From NCBI GenBank assembly GCA_964016885.1, contig OZ024742.1:250914001-250978000 (forward strand): 64,000 nucleotides of DNA, written 5' to 3'. The stretch's first letter is position 1. Every line of letters starts with the position of its first letter. This DNA comes from Eledone cirrhosa. Taxonomy: Eukaryota. Both the position numbers and the translations under genes were made by a program. Below are positions 40,858 through 56,436 of this stretch, piece after piece. The notes beneath the pieces are model-generated. The model was not told the DNA's origin. It saw only the letters and a list, made by a program, of their open reading frames with translations, and ran no database searches.

Positions 40858-42955
40858 CATCATCATCATCATCATCGTTTAACGTCCATCTTCCACGCTT
40901 GCATGGGTTTGGACAGGAGTTTTCCCACTTGAGGCAAGAGTGGTTGTCTTGCTCGTATAGGACTGTCTGGCGGGTTTTCTACAGCTGGATGCCCTTCCTA
41001 ACACCAACCACGTTTACAGTGTGGACTGGGAGGTTTTTACCGTGTTACCTACACGGCCACATTACAGCGTGAACTGCGTGTTTTTTGTTGTGACACCTAC
41101 ACGACCTCATTTGTTTCGGACTGGATGTTGTGGTACCAACATCACTTCACATTTAAGGGGGTGGTGTGGATGGGGTGGGGGTAGTGGGACGGGGGTGTAT
41201 TTTTGTTAGAGGTGCCTACTGACTGTAGTAGGTTTCACTTTGTATTTAGGTAAGGCGGGTCTTCTCTATTACTGAGTACCGCCAAAGATCTCGGTCCAGT
41301 GACATTGTCTTGGAGAGGTGTAAGTGTGTGAGGTCGGAATTTATCAAGTCGTCCCAGGTTTTTCTGGGTCTGCCTACTCCATGACTACCGTCTATTTTTA
41401 TTGCCCTGCACTTTTTTATACAGCTGTCGTCTTTCATGCGCATCACGTGACCATACCAACGTAGTCTTATCTCGAGTAAACAACATCTGATCCCTCTTAT
41501 TTCTAATTTTTCCCTTAGTTCGTTTATGCTTTGCCATTCACGTATATTACTATTACACATCCAGCGGAGCATGCAAGCTTCGTTCCTCTCCAGTCTGTGT
41601 ATATCCTCTGCACACAATGCCCAGGTCTCACTGCCATGTAACATTGCTGTTCGTATGCAGGCATCATACAGCCTGCCTTTCATTTTTAGAGAGAACTCTT
41701 TAGCGGCTAATAGTGGTATAAGCTCTCTGAACTTTTTCCATCCAGTTCTGACCCTAGCTACTGTACTTTCAGAGCACCCTCCACCACTGCTGATTTTGTC
41801 ACCCAAGTAACGGAAGGTGTCCACTATTTCTATAGAACCATCTGTGCAATTGAAAGAGCTAGTATTTTGTGAGCACTTGCTGCTATTTATTGCACCAGAG
41901 CACCGGCCACATATAAAATCTATGTTCTTAGTTAGCTTACCTGTGATCCCACTACATCTTTTATTCACCCTTACTTTGCATTTGGGACATAAAATGGAGT
42001 TTCTACCTACTCCTTTCCTACACACTGAGCATGGCCATTTCCCGGATGGGACCGGTGCCCTATTTTCCTTCCTACAAACTAGAACTTTAGTCTTAGACAG
42101 GTTAATTTTAAGGCCTTTTGATTCTAGGCCATGCCTTTTGGTTCACCCATTGATTCAGCTATGAGCGTTAGATCATCTGCTCTGCGTATAGGAGTTCCCA
42201 TGGGCAGCCGGTCTTGAACTTCATTGTTATAGCGTGAAGGGCAATAATAAATAGTAGGGGGCTAAGAACGGAGCATTGATGAACACCAACTTTTACGCTA
42301 AACTCTTCACTATATTCGTTGTTAATTCTAACCTTGCTGACTGTTTCTTTATACATGGCTTGTATAGCTCTCACAAGCCATTCATCAACACCTAGTTTTC
42401 TAAGAGCCCACCAGATAATGGAACGGGGGACTCTGTCAAAGGCTTTCTCCAAGTCGACAAAAGCTAAGTATAGGGGTTTACTTTTAGCTAGGTACTTCTC
42501 CTGTAGTTGTCGTACAATGAAAAGAGCGTCTGTGGTACTTTTACCTGACACAAACCCGAACTGCATTTTATCTAGATCAATTCGCTCTCTGATTAGTTGC
42601 GCTATTACTTTTTCTGTGACCTTCATGACCTGGTCAATTAATTTAATGCCTCTATAGTTACCCCTATCTAGGTCATCTCCTTTACCCTTGTAGCAGTTAA
42701 TGATGATGCTGCTACACCAGTCCTTCGGAACAACCCCATTCTGTATGACTTGGTTTACTATCCGGGTGACCATGGTGTGTCCCACCGTTCCAGAAGCTTT
42801 CAGCATTTCAGCAACTATTTCCAAAGGCCCAGTCGCCTTACCCGTCTTCATATCTTTGATTGCCTTACTTATTACCTTCGACTAACACTGCTGGTCCCTC
42901 TATTGGATCGATGTGGGGGAGACTGTCTTTCTCCCATTTATTCTCCTCATTTAGT
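40855..42955 (-). mobile_element. RTE family A (RT to 3' UTR), disrupted
   Basis: ORFs 42168-42851 and 41246-42025; (GAT)n tail. Confidence 0.93.
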
Positions 42956-43129
42956 GTGTATATATATATATACACACACATATACATACACGCATGTGCA
43001 CAGGTAGCTGTAACAGGGATGAGTTAGTGGGGGTTTAGTGTGTATTAGTAGTGTAGGCTGTTTCGTGTGCATGCGCACACATGGGTGTCAAGTGTGTTAT
43101 TGGGAGAGGTGCATGTGTGTGAACATGCA

Positions 43130-43340
43130 AACACCTGCGTTTAATGCAGGTAGGGGTAAATGATTGGAGAAAAAATAAGGTGCTGTTCCCTCCTGAGGCG
43201 TAATTCTAGTGGTCCAGTGCATGCGATGGAGCCAAAAATTGTGAGGTGATCAGTGGAGTGTCTGATGGAGCAGAAATGTTTGGCGATGGAGGACGGGCCA
43301 CTTAGTCTGATGTATTGTGATCACTTGTGAAACACATGTC
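43130..43340 (-). pseudogene. Decayed Penelope-like GIY-YIG tail
   Basis: SIAKHF..IRHSTDHLTIFG...LRREQHLIF, similar to 15400-15620. Confidence 0.4.
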
Positions 43341-43560
43341 ACACATGAATAAATATAATGATGATACTTTGACACCTCATTCCTGCTCACTTATGAAAGA
43401 GATCGAACATAGTATAACACCAAATGTCCAATACCACATACTATACTAAACCGGACCCACCTTTGCATCGATTGCTCAAGTTGTTGAATCAATAGTAACA
43501 TAAAGTTACAAACTATATATCTAAATCTATATCTATCTATCAATCTATCTATTTATCTAT

Positions 43561-46035
43561 CTCTGCTCACAAATCAAGAAACCTGTGGCTTTAAAAAATA
43601 ACACTGTGGAAACCACACTAAAGGAGGCAATGCCAGGCATTGCTTAACTCCAGAGGGCCAAGCAGTATGGGAGGATCTTGGTGCTCTTTAAAAGTGAGGC
43701 CCTCGCCCAGAAATATTCGGTGGCTCCAATTAAAACGAGCCAACATATCTTCTTCCCAACATACATGGGAATGGGAACCCATAAAATAAGGATCTCCCAG
43801 ATCCCACCGAACACCAACATTTCGTGGATCCTGGGTGGTTTTTTGGAGGAGGGTGAAGACAACATCCTCTCTGTAAAAAAATCAATCCGACAGAACTGGA
43901 ACAAGATCTCAATGGAACTTTTGATTCAAATGAAGCCGGAGAGGATTGAAAAAATACTAGAAAGGGTGCCGGTGGATGATAACCATGTTGTCCACATCGC
44001 AGTGGAGGGCAAAAGACCATAATGTTTCAAATGTGGAAAAAACACAAATTTAAAAGCATTTTGCCCAATGCTGGATGTGGAAAAACAAAAGAAGGAGTTG
44101 TTGCTAACCCCAAAACTACAACAGACACACCTGAAAACAAAAAACACAACCCCCAAACCATCAACATTCACCCAACCATCACAAACCACAAAAGACACCA
44201 CACCAAAAATTCCCCTGCAGGACTCTGTCCAACACTCCCACAAACACACACACAAACACTCCACCACAACATACCCCTCTCACCTACCCGCAATGATAAC
44301 ACCTCAGACATGGAAACCTCTACATCTCCAGGTGAGGATGAAGAGGAACCCCAAAAATCCAAGAAGCAAAAAAGACGGAAAAAATACATGAACAAAAACA
44401 TCAACTGAAAACACGCACACACCCAACACTGACATAAAGATACCGCCACAAACGACAACCACACCACCACCACAACCAGACACTTCACCAACAAAACAAA
44501 CACCCACACCACCACAATCACAAATCCCAACCACAAAAAAAAAACTACAAACAGAAACAGTATACATAAAAAACAAAACACATTACACATACATAAAAAC
44601 AAGAAACAATGAACTGGTGGAAACTGTCCGAGAGGACTCCACAATACAAACGGAAGGGAAAACCTTCCCCACCAACAACCCACCCCCAAACCTCAAACTT
44701 ATCAGGGTAACAACCCTACAGTACGAAACTTTAAAAAGGAACTTCCCACATGATGTGGGACCCCCTTGCCAAAAAACCCTTAACCGTGTCCTGCTAAAAG
44801 GATTCCCTCCCTCCCCAAACACCCCGAATCTGGACATGGAGATCGAACAACCCGACCTCCAGGAAACGAAAACGTAAGTGTTCCTGCCTTTTCTCCCCTT
44901 CACTCTTCTTCACCAACATGGCGACTATACAAGCTGGATGTTTGAATGTACGTGGCCTGGGCATGCCCTGGAAACAGGGCCAGCTTTTAAATGATCTCAG
45001 GTTACATTGTATTGATGTGATAGCCATCACCAAGTCCAGGATTCATGACAAGCAGCAGCTAACTCCCATGTTCGATGACTTTGAGATCTACGCATCTCTC
45101 TGTCAGCCAGGAGGTGGAGGGGGAGTTGTGTTCTGTTTCGAAAAAACTTGGATCTCAAAGCACAGACGATTCACTTAGACCTGGAGGGCAGCTTGGTGGT
45201 CCTGGACGTGAATGGTAGTGAAGGTGGAGCTTTCAGACTGGTGGCCGTATATGCCCCGACTGGGACATCGCGACCAGAGTTCTTCAAGTGCCTGGAGCCA
45301 TTCCTGGGAACGTCTCGCTCCTTAGTGTTAGCAGGGGAGTGGTATGGCATCTTAGATGCACGTTGGGACTATGTAGGAGCTTGTGATAATAGAGGTCTGT
45401 GTAATAGCCTAAAAAATCTCATCAGCCAATTCCAACTGGCTGATAGATATCGACTAGATTTCCCAAGTGTACCACTGTGGACGCGGAGCAACCGCACTAG
45501 TTCTTCTAGATCGTATTTAGATAGATTTTTAATTAGACAGAATGATAAGGAAACATTAAGCTGTCCACAAATGCACATGGTTGCCTATTCAGACCACAAA
45601 TTAGTCACCTGCGTAGTCAACCTTGATAGAACACCTAGACAGGGACCCAGATACTGGAAGCTAAACATGTTGCTTCCGGCGCATAAGGCCTACAGTAAAC
45701 GGATTACCACCTTAGTTAAGTGCCAGTTGACGGGGCGATTGTCAATGACAGGTGGTGGAGCTCTCTCAAGAGAGCAATTAGAATAGAATTGATAGCATTT
45801 AGCAAGGAAGTAGCTTTAGAAATAAAACAAAACCGAAAAGGAACTGGTAGCTAAAGTAGAAGAAGCACTTAGGAATGGCAGCGAGTACAGCACTTGACCA
45901 GTTCTTCAACATGAAACATGAAGGTTGTATTGTCAGAAGTAGAACACATGTTCTAAGAAACGAGGAAGCCAAAGCTGTTAGCTGGGCCCTAGTGGCAGAG
46001 GCGAAAAGTGGCAACAAATCTACAATTCAGTCAAA
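43561..46035 (+). mobile_element. Tx1/L1-like LINE: ORF1 relic and ORF2 APE endonuclease, 3'-truncated
   Basis: ORF1 with a degenerate knuckle CFKCG....KAFC; ORF2 MATIQAGCLNVRGL, FRLVAVYAP, SYLDRF, SDHKLV, GPRYWKLN; preceded by (ATCT)n. Confidence 0.85.
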
Positions 46036-46295
46036 ATGTATTATAAATATCTTTACCACTCAACTACATTTACATGAGGATACACGTGTTTAAAATTATA
46101 TTTAATGCCATGAGATAACCTTGTAAAATTTATTATCTGCCCTGGAGGATTATTTAAATGCCATCCCATCATGAAAAGAGGTGCAGGACCCTCAAAGGCA
46201 ACACCTGAGTATATAGCACCCTTGGCTAGCTCTACTTGTACCTCTTTCTCTCAGTTATGTGCCCCACTCTTTGAATTGAAATAATTTAAACTTAC

Positions 46296-46701
46296 AGTGT
46301 GGTAAGTTGAAAAACCTAGTGTTTGGCATTTCTTGCATTGACCACAAAGAAAATTACTAAGCCAGCATCTACTATGCAGTCCACATTCTTCCATGTCAAA
46401 TCATATGAAAGGCCATAATATCATACAATCCTATCTACTGCTTTGGTTATATCTACACTGTTGTTATGAGGCAAAGATAATTAGTGGTTTGTTTATCAAT
46501 CACAGAAAATTATTATATACTTAATCCAATTATACAAAAATTTTCAAGATTCAGTAATGTATCTTTCTGAAGTCTGCACTAGACAGCCTTAATGATAGTG
46601 CAAGCCTTGAATGTGCATATAAAATTACTTGTCTGCCCTTTGCTAAGATGTCTTATCAAAAGTTTTGTAGAAAACCATATGTAATTCTCAGAATACTCAC
46701 T
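46296..46701 (-). pseudogene. Possible decayed host exon, C-type-lectin-like
   Basis: tttgcag acceptor and gtaagt donor; broken frame FYKTFDKTS*QRAD...YNWI...WKNVDC, with FLC in a shifted frame; many stops. Confidence 0.25.
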
Positions 46702-47302
46702 CTGCAAACATTATAGTCAATGTTTACAATGTATAAACATTCTCACACAAACACACACACACACTCACACATGCACATGTTCATGCACCTACACACATAC
46801 ACATGTGCACTCACATACACAGACATGTGCACACACATACAAATGTGCACTCCCATAGATACACACACATGTGCACTCACATATACACACAATTATGCAC
46901 ACACATACACAAACACTTATATTTATATAAAAAGGCCTAAAAATATAATTAATGAAGTCTAAAGTACTGTCAAGTAGGTATAGAAGGATTTTTATACTGT
47001 TGCAGAAATGGTGATGGCGGTGGTGGTATTGGTGGTGGTGGAAGTGGTAAATTTATCAATGTCAGTACTTAACTGGGTTTATATTTTATTAATTCCATTA
47101 TTTTATTTTATGTTATTGATCTCAAGAGGACCAACGGCAAAGTTTTATCAATGTATTACATTTCATGAACAATTTTTAATATTTTATTTTACCACTATTT
47201 TTTTTAATTTCTTCTATTTTTTACCAATTACAGTGTACATATTACTGGCAGTATACAGTTATACCAAATGTAAATACAGAATGTTACAATTGTATTTTTA
47301 AA

Positions 47303-47474
47303 TACCATATTTCCCAGCAATGAAGACGCTACTTTTTTCCTAAAATAAGTCTCAAAAATCTACCAATGCGTCTTGGAGGACAAAGGCTGTTTATTATTTT
47401 TTCAAATTTTTTGTTGTCAAAATTAGGGTACGTCCTTCTAGGATGAAGTGTCCTTGGCATTGGGAAATACAGTA
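47303..47474. mobile_element. Tc1/mariner-superfamily MITE
   Basis: TA-CCATATTTCCCA ... TGGGAAATACAG-TA imperfect TIRs with TA TSD. Confidence 0.65.
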
Positions 47475-47837
47475 CATTTTGGGGTGAATATATAGTATAC
47501 TGTTATTTTGGAAGTATACTGTTACTTTGAACATTTTTAATCAAAGTGAAAATAATGTTCAATAAATCTCTAAATCAATTTCAATATTTTTAATAAAGAT
47601 TTTTTTACTGTCAAAACATAGCTATCTTTTCTTATGAAAATCATGGCATTGCTTAAAATTGTAAAGGAAAAATATGGATTATAGAAAATATTAAGACTTT
47701 CTTACCTTCCCCAGATTGCCTAATGAAATATGCAAATCCACAGAATAACAGTAATAAGCTTTGATCTTTCACACTTACTCAATATGTGTATATGTGTGTG
47801 CATTTATATATATATCTAAATTCTAAAGTCTATCTTA

Positions 47838-48033
47838 AGCCAGTGCCTATCCCGGTTTCATGGCATGAAGCGACTGAGAGTACAAGACTCCTCCCTGGAC
47901 AGGACGCCAGTCCATCGCAGGGTTAAACTCCCAGCTACTCCTGGTACTCATTTTCAGCTGAGTATACTGGAGCAACATGAAATGAAGTGTTTTGCTCAAG
48001 AACATAACACACAACCCAGGAATTGAACCCACG
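47838..48033 (-). mobile_element. V-SINE-like element, 5'-truncated
   Basis: GGTTCAATTCC, CTTGAGCAAAACACTT, CCTGCGATGGACTGGCGTCCTGTCCAGGG, GCTTCATGCCATGAAACCGG. Confidence 0.75.
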
Positions 48034-48074
48034 AAATTATATATATATATATATATATATGTTTAATATAGAAA

Positions 48075-48125
48075 AGCTTCTACAGGACTAGAACTGTTTA
48101 ATTCGTGAGAAATTATCAGGAAGCT
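48075..48125 (-). ncRNA. Degenerate type I hammerhead
   Basis: Minus strand: AGCTTC-CTGATAA-tTTC tcac GAAt-TAAA-CAG..CTG-TA-GAAGCT; stems I and III intact, two core substitutions. Confidence 0.55.
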
Positions 48126-48231
48126 GACTGTCCAAGTAAACAGTTCAAGTTTCTATATTAAACATTTAAACTCTGCCTTGTATTGAGTACCTTACTTACT
48201 GTGGTTACCCCCGATTGAACCCAGGATAACT

Positions 48232-48266
<35 letters not shown>

Positions 48267-48277
48267 GTGTGTGTGCA

Positions 48278-48310
<33 letters not shown>

Positions 48311-48532
48311 GTATATATATATTTACACACACACACACATATATATATATATATGCATCGTTGACAGGTAGAGAACGAGAGGAAGCAAGAAGTGGGCAAC
48401 CATGAGTGGCTAGAAATACCAATGACGTGTACAATTCTTGACCAATCATAGATCTAAATCATAGGATCTAAATCAACAAACAAAGAAATTCGATGTTAAA
48501 GGACTATAGGAAAATCTGCTTCGTAGAATCGA

Positions 48533-48627
48533 GACGTATCTGACAACCGTCTTGATTTCAGAGTCAGGTGTGATCACCATATCATCGTGCCTTCAGCTGG
48601 TTGCCTGAGAAACATTTGTAATATGTC
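48533..48627 (+). ncRNA. Degenerate type I hammerhead with long stem II
   Basis: GACGTAT-CTGACAA-...TCAGG..CCTGA-GAAAC-ATTT-GTA-ATATGTC; 7-bp stem I. Confidence 0.5.
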
Positions 48628-48680
48628 CAATAAATTCCTTTCGTCGCAACACTGATTCTCTTTTTTCTGTGATATTTATG

Positions 48681-49324
<644 letters not shown>

Positions 49325-49446
49325 AGGGAGAGAATTGGGAGTGTGTAACACTCCACTTATCAAATAGGCAGTATATGGTTAGCTCAATGTCAGAGGACAG
49401 AGCCGTAATACAATTAACAACAAAGAGCGCTTAGAACATAGGTATA

Positions 49447-49506
49447 TCTTTAATTGCTAACAGTGTTTCGTCCACACTAGAAGTGGGACTCTTCAGAGCA
49501 TAAAGA
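49447..49506 (-). ncRNA. Minimal type I hammerhead (inverted copy)
   Basis: Reverse complement of 50376-50435. Confidence 0.8.
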
Positions 49507-50375
49507 GTAAATACATAGTATACAAGCATTGACAAAGCCAAAACAGAAGAATATATGTGGGGATACCATAAGTTGGGAGGAGTTTAAAGAATAGTGTCAC
49601 CTTAGGATTTCTATAATAATATTATTATTACATGCCCTAATAATTACCATCTTGATTACCCTTATTACATCTTTTTACCCCCAGTTACATTTTTATAAAT
49701 ATGCATTACTTGGACTGATATGTGTATATATATATATATATATCCTTATATATACGTCTCTTTTATATATATTTTTTATATATATTTTTGTATATTTTAT
49801 ATATTGTACGTATATCACTTGTTGAACATAGCTTGCTAGCTTATGCATTTGCCAGTCTTATCTTTACCCACACCTTCCTTTATGGTGTATATTTTACTCC
49901 ATTTTTTTTGGTGTATTGTTTTATTTATCTTCTGGTGTATATTTTACTTTACTTTATTTTATTTTATTTTATTTTATTTTTTATCTATTTTTTATCTATT
50001 TTTAATCTATTTTTTTATCTACCTCTTATCTATTTTTTATCTATCTCTATCTCTTAACTTGTGCCCATCCGTCTATGATATGTTATTTGTATTAGTGTAT
50101 ACTGTATGTGTTGCATACGGGTGCTTGTGTGTAGGTGCATGCGGGTGCTCATGCTTATGCGTATACTTGTATGTAGCTGTATGTTAACGGAACCCTGCCC
50201 AACTGTGAGTGATAACATTTCTTATTTTTCATTTTTATTTTTATTTTTATTTTTATTTTACTCTTTTCTTATTTTACTCCTTTTACTTTATTCTTTAAAC
50301 TCCTCCCAACTTATGGTATCCCCACATATATTCTTCTGTTTTGGCTTTGTCAATGCTTGTATACTATGTATTTAC

Positions 50376-50435
50376 TCTTTATGCTCTGAAGAGTCCCACT
50401 TCTAGTGTGGACGAAACACTGTTAGCAATTAAAGA
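50376..50435 (+). ncRNA. Minimal type I hammerhead
   Basis: TCTTTA-TGCT-CTGAAGA-GTCCcacttctagtgtGGAC-GAAAC-ACT-GTT-AGCA-at-TAAAGA. Confidence 0.82.
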
Positions 50436-50471
50436 TATACCTATGTTCTAAGCGCTCTTTGTTGTTAATTG

Positions 50472-50506
<35 letters not shown>

Positions 50507-50510
50507 TTAC

Positions 50511-50594
<84 letters not shown>

Positions 50595-50600
50595 TTTTAC

Positions 50601-50685
<85 letters not shown>

Positions 50686-51035
50686 CTGGCGTCACGCAGT
50701 AATACAGAGTACCCGACCTCCCATGGGTACATGCTGAAGCATATAAACAATATGCCCCCACACCCCCCACCGCAAGGTGGTCGTGGAGGTGCCACGGCAA
50801 AAAAGCACCCAGCCCACACTGTAAAGTGGACGTGTAGGCGCCACGAAAAAGCAGCCAGCACTCACTGTAAATGAGGTTGGTGTTAGGAAGGGCATCCAGC
50901 TGTAGAAATCAAGCCAGATCAGTTCCTGTATGAGCAAGGCATGGTCAGCCGACCAGACACTGCACACAACAGGACAACCCGACTAACCCATGCTAGCGTG
51001 GAAGAACGGACGTAAAACGGTGATGATGATGATGA
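50686..51035 (+). mobile_element. RTE family C 3' fragment
   Basis: Reverse complement of 35190-35536. Confidence 0.9.
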
Positions 51036-51078
51036 TATATATATATATATTTATATATATATTTACATATATATATAC

Positions 51079-51133
<55 letters not shown>

Positions 51134-51169
51134 CATATATAAATATACACACCCATATATATAGTATTT

Positions 51170-53043
51170 ACGTATCGAGAAAGAGAAAAAAAGGGGGGAT
51201 AGGTGATACATATAGTTATTTGCCAAGTAGCGTATGCCAAAGGTGCTCGATACTAGTGCCGGCAGTATTAAATATTCGAAGTGTTAATATTTAGTGGGCT
51301 AGAGAGTTAGCAGAGCGTAAGCACGTGGGAAAGTAAAAAATCGGAGAATAGACCGTTAAAACATGTTTATTTAAAATATCACCTACGTACGTTTCGCCCA
51401 GTTGGGCTTCTCAAGGGCATAAATAATCACAAGTGTTCCTTATACTGCTCGGAAAGAGTTTTGGGGGTTAAATCTACATCAAGGTTCATTGCTCGCAAAA
51501 ATATCGTTTTGATTTTGCAGCAGGTCAAGGGAGGTAACTCTAGCCGGTGTTAGGGCAGTCTTTCCCGGACAATTTTTTTTTTTTTTTTTTTTTTCTGCCG
51601 CATCTGTTTGTCTGAGGATGGGTCTGGTATGCAAGGATTGTTTCCTGGGCGTTATTTTGCAGCGCCTGCCCGCCGGGGTGTTAAGACTTGTTGCAGGGAG
51701 ATCCAGTGTACTATTTCACTCTTCATCCTTAACCCATCTGAAGAAGGATATTTTTAAGCGATGTGTACAACTTATCGCTGTTTCAGCTCTGCTGTTGATG
51801 AGCTCGTGGGGTGCAGTTATGATGTGGTAGAGCTCCATGAGGCAAAGATCGCATTTCCTCTTGAAGTTGTACGGTGCAGCCCTGCCGACAATCTCCCAGT
51901 GCGTGAAGAAGCTGATGTTTAAGTCCTTTAGTGATGTGATGTAGTCCGCGAACGAGGTGTAGTGCCTTAGTTTTCTATTTGTGAAAGAGTGGAGATGTGT
52001 TCGAAACCTAATTTTGAACGGGCCGGAGGTGGCCCCTATATAATGTTTAACGCTATTGTGGCTAGTAATAGTGCATCTATATATAACCCTATCAGTCAAG
52101 CAGTATCCTCTAAGGGGGCAGCATCCTCTGTCGCGGCAGTTGCAATTTCTGTCGCGGTTCCGTCTATTTCCCACGGTAAGGCTATCATTGTTGCTGCCTA
52201 CGTTGTTACCTACGCTACCGCAGCTGTCGTTAGCACAATTACAACCCACAGCACGCGGGGTGGTGCGATTGTTATTCCGCACGTCATGTTCTGCATGTTC
52301 CCCAGTCATTTCGCGGTTATTCTGGTTGCGTGTGCGGATTCCGTTGCCAACACTATTGGATGCTGCCAAGGAGTTGTTAAGGCCGATATAGTTATTGTCA
52401 GGTGTAGGTACGTCTGTGTGGAGGTGCTGTGTCTTGGTGATCTTACTGTGGTTCGTTGTTCCTATGATGTCTGCTAGGTTAGGAGTAGTAGAGAAGAATA
52501 TTTTTATATTGTTCCTATTAAGGATTTTTCTATGCCTATGGTTGGGCGGGAAGTTCTTCTCTAAGGCTTCGAAGAACATCCGGGGTATGTTGGAGGCCAC
52601 ACTTCGAGAGTAGGGGGGTGGAACCATAGGACGTTACGGTGGCGATTACGTGTCCTTGTACTTTTGCTACGAGTGGTTCCATCTAAGTGACCGCTCTTAT
52701 GTGTGTTAATGCGCAGTCGCCCGTTCGGTGCCCCTTTCACTTTATGCTCGGGTGCACTCTTTCTACCTCTTCCATGTTTATGTACACGAAGATGTTGGTT
52801 GGAAGGTGTTGGTAGTAGGCCGTCGCCTTTGTTGGTTTTGTAATAGGGGAATAGTTTGAGTAATCTACAGTGTTCACCGTCGCCGGGGACATGATGTTTG
52901 GTGCGGTTATCTATTCTATTATATCCGACTTCAACGAGGTCGCCGCGTGATCGGTTATAGGTATGGCTTACTATAACGTTAGTTTTATGAGGGGGGTGGT
53001 TTCTAGAGCTAGCGTTAGGGATGTAGGAAATTCCTCGGTTAAA
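51170..53043 (-). mobile_element. Penelope-like (Naiad-type) element 3' part: linker, GIY-YIG, pLTR
   Basis: VLWFHPP/YSRSV...KILNRNNIK...CNCR..CCPLRGYC..RVIY...HYIGAT..FKIRFRTH...CDLCLME; hammerhead downstream of the stop. Confidence 0.88.
51378..51420 (-). ncRNA. Minimal hammerhead, U3-A8 variant
   Basis: Minus strand: atgCCC-TTGAGAA-GCCCaactGGGC-GAAAC-GTAC-GTA-GGtgat; palindromic ACGTACGT stem III; weak stem I. Confidence 0.68.
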
Positions 53044-53314
53044 TGTATATATATATACATATATATATGCATATATATATATATACATATATATATACAT
53101 ATATATACATATATATATACATATATATATATATACATATATATATACAAATATATATATATATACATATATATATATTTACATATATATATACATATAT
53201 ATATATTTACATATATATATACATATATATATATACATATATATATACATATATATATATACATATATATATACATGTATATATATATATATATATACAT
53301 GTATATATATATGC

Positions 53315-53351
<37 letters not shown>

Positions 53352-53368
53352 CATGTATATATATATGC

Positions 53369-53403
<35 letters not shown>

Positions 53404-53420
53404 CATGTATATATATATGC

Positions 53421-53452
<32 letters not shown>

Positions 53453-53476
53453 GTATATACATGTATATATATATGC

Positions 53477-53536
<60 letters not shown>

Positions 53537-53581
53537 ATATATATGCATATATATATATATATACATGTATATATATATGCA

Positions 53582-53615
<34 letters not shown>

Positions 53616-53698
53616 CATGTATATATATATGCATATATATATATATATACATATATATATACATATATATATACATATATATACATATATATATATAC

Positions 53699-53729
<31 letters not shown>

Positions 53730-53742
53730 CATATATATATAC

Positions 53743-53773
<31 letters not shown>

Positions 53774-53928
53774 CATATATATATACATATATATATATAC
53801 ATATATATATACATATATATATATATACATATATATATACATATATATATATACATATATATATACATATATATATATATACATATATATATGTACACAT
53901 ATATATATATATACATATATATATGTAC

Positions 53929-53959
<31 letters not shown>

Positions 53960-54076
53960 CATATATATATACATATATATATATACATATATATATACAT
54001 ATATATATATATATGTACATATATATATACATATATATATATACATATATATATACATATATATATATATATACAT
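53044..54076. repeat. (TA)n/(TACA)n/(TGCA) array
   Basis: Direct reading. Confidence 0.97.
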
Positions 54077-54331
54077 CTCTTCAACATCACACCAGGACAC
54101 GTCAAAACAGAAACTGACCACACAAAATTCAAGAAGTCTTTGGACAAATTCCTCCAAGTAATCCCGGACAAACCACCCACACCCGGATATGTCTCCGCAA
54201 ACAGTAATTCTCTTCTCGAATGGGCCATGGTGCCCAAATCCTGAATTGAAAGACTTCGCCAGGTGGTGCTATTAAGTTAGACATGGCCTGGGCCAATACT
54301 GGCCAAAACATTTCAAAGTTATTCAAAGTTA
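54077..54331 (+). mobile_element. CR1/L2-group LINE 3' end, (TTCAAAGTTA)2 tail
   Basis: Homologous to 13759-14002. Confidence 0.78.
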
Positions 54332-54486
54332 TATATACATATATATATACATATATATATTTATATACATATATATATACATATATATATACATATATAT
54401 ATATATACATATATATATACATATATATATACATATATATATATACATATATATATACATATATATATATACATATATATATATAC

Positions 54487-54543
<57 letters not shown>

Positions 54544-54568
54544 CATATATATACATATATATATATAC

Positions 54569-54685
<117 letters not shown>

Positions 54686-54718
54686 CACATATATATATAT
54701 ACATATATATATATATAC

Positions 54719-54778
<60 letters not shown>

Positions 54779-54779
<1 letters not shown>

Positions 54780-55466
54780 GGGAAATTAGACAGTAGAAGT
54801 CGCACTGATAGACACATTTTTCAAATGCGAGAGGGCGCTATAGAAGTGGTGGATAGCTTCCGGTACCTAGGAGATCAGATTAGCATGGGAGGAGGGTGTT
54901 CCGAGGCCATAGTATCTAGAATAAGGACGGGTTGGAAGAAGTTTAGGGAGCTGCTTCCTCTGTTGACGAAGAAGGGTTTCTCCCTGCGTACGAAAGGCCG
55001 GTTGTATGATGCCTGTGTGAGGAGCGCGATGCTGCATGGTAGTGAGACATGGGCAGCTACCGCAGAAGATATGCGACGGCTGGAGAGAAATGAGGCAAGC
55101 ATGCTCCGTTGGATGTGCAGTGTAAATGTGCGTGAACGACCCAGCATAAATGTGTTGAGAGAGAAACTGTGTCTGAGAGGGATAGAATGTAGTGTACGGG
55201 AGAGGAGACTGAGGTGGTATGGACATGTGATGCGCATGGAGGATGACCGATGGGTGAAGAAGTGCCAGGAAATGCCAGTTGAAGGAAGACGTAGTAGAGG
55301 TAGACCACGAAAAACATGGGCGGAGGTGGTGAGAACAGACCTCAGATCATTGAAGCTCACGGTGGAGATGACGAGGGACCGTGACGAGTGGAGAGATGCT
55401 GTGCTGAATAAGACCCGTCCCACCCTTGCAAGCAGGGAAAAGCGGACGTAAAATGATGATGATGAT
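54779..55466 (+). mobile_element. RTE family B, 5'-truncated
   Basis: Near-identical to 19379-20068. Confidence 0.92.
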
Positions 55467-56299
<833 letters not shown>

Positions 56300-56436
56300 G
56301 ATGTAGATAAATCTACCAAGAGTTTACGGTAGTGTCCAATCCGTATGAAGAACTCAATGTAATCCGGATATCATGGAAAGAAGAGATGCAATGAAAAATC
56401 ACTTTCGGTGAAAGATAAACGGAATACAGAGTCAAG

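Larger units (their letters stand above)
49325..50474 (+). mobile_element. Penelope-like non-coding remnant with a 186-bp inverted pLTR pair
   Basis: 49408-49593 is the reverse complement of 50289-50474; each arm contains a hammerhead. Confidence 0.8.

Noticed and set aside
51716-52627. Possible selenocysteine recoding, as reported for some Naiad elements
   Set aside because: Cys positions are ordinary Cys codons with no in-frame TGA here or in 37454-38170
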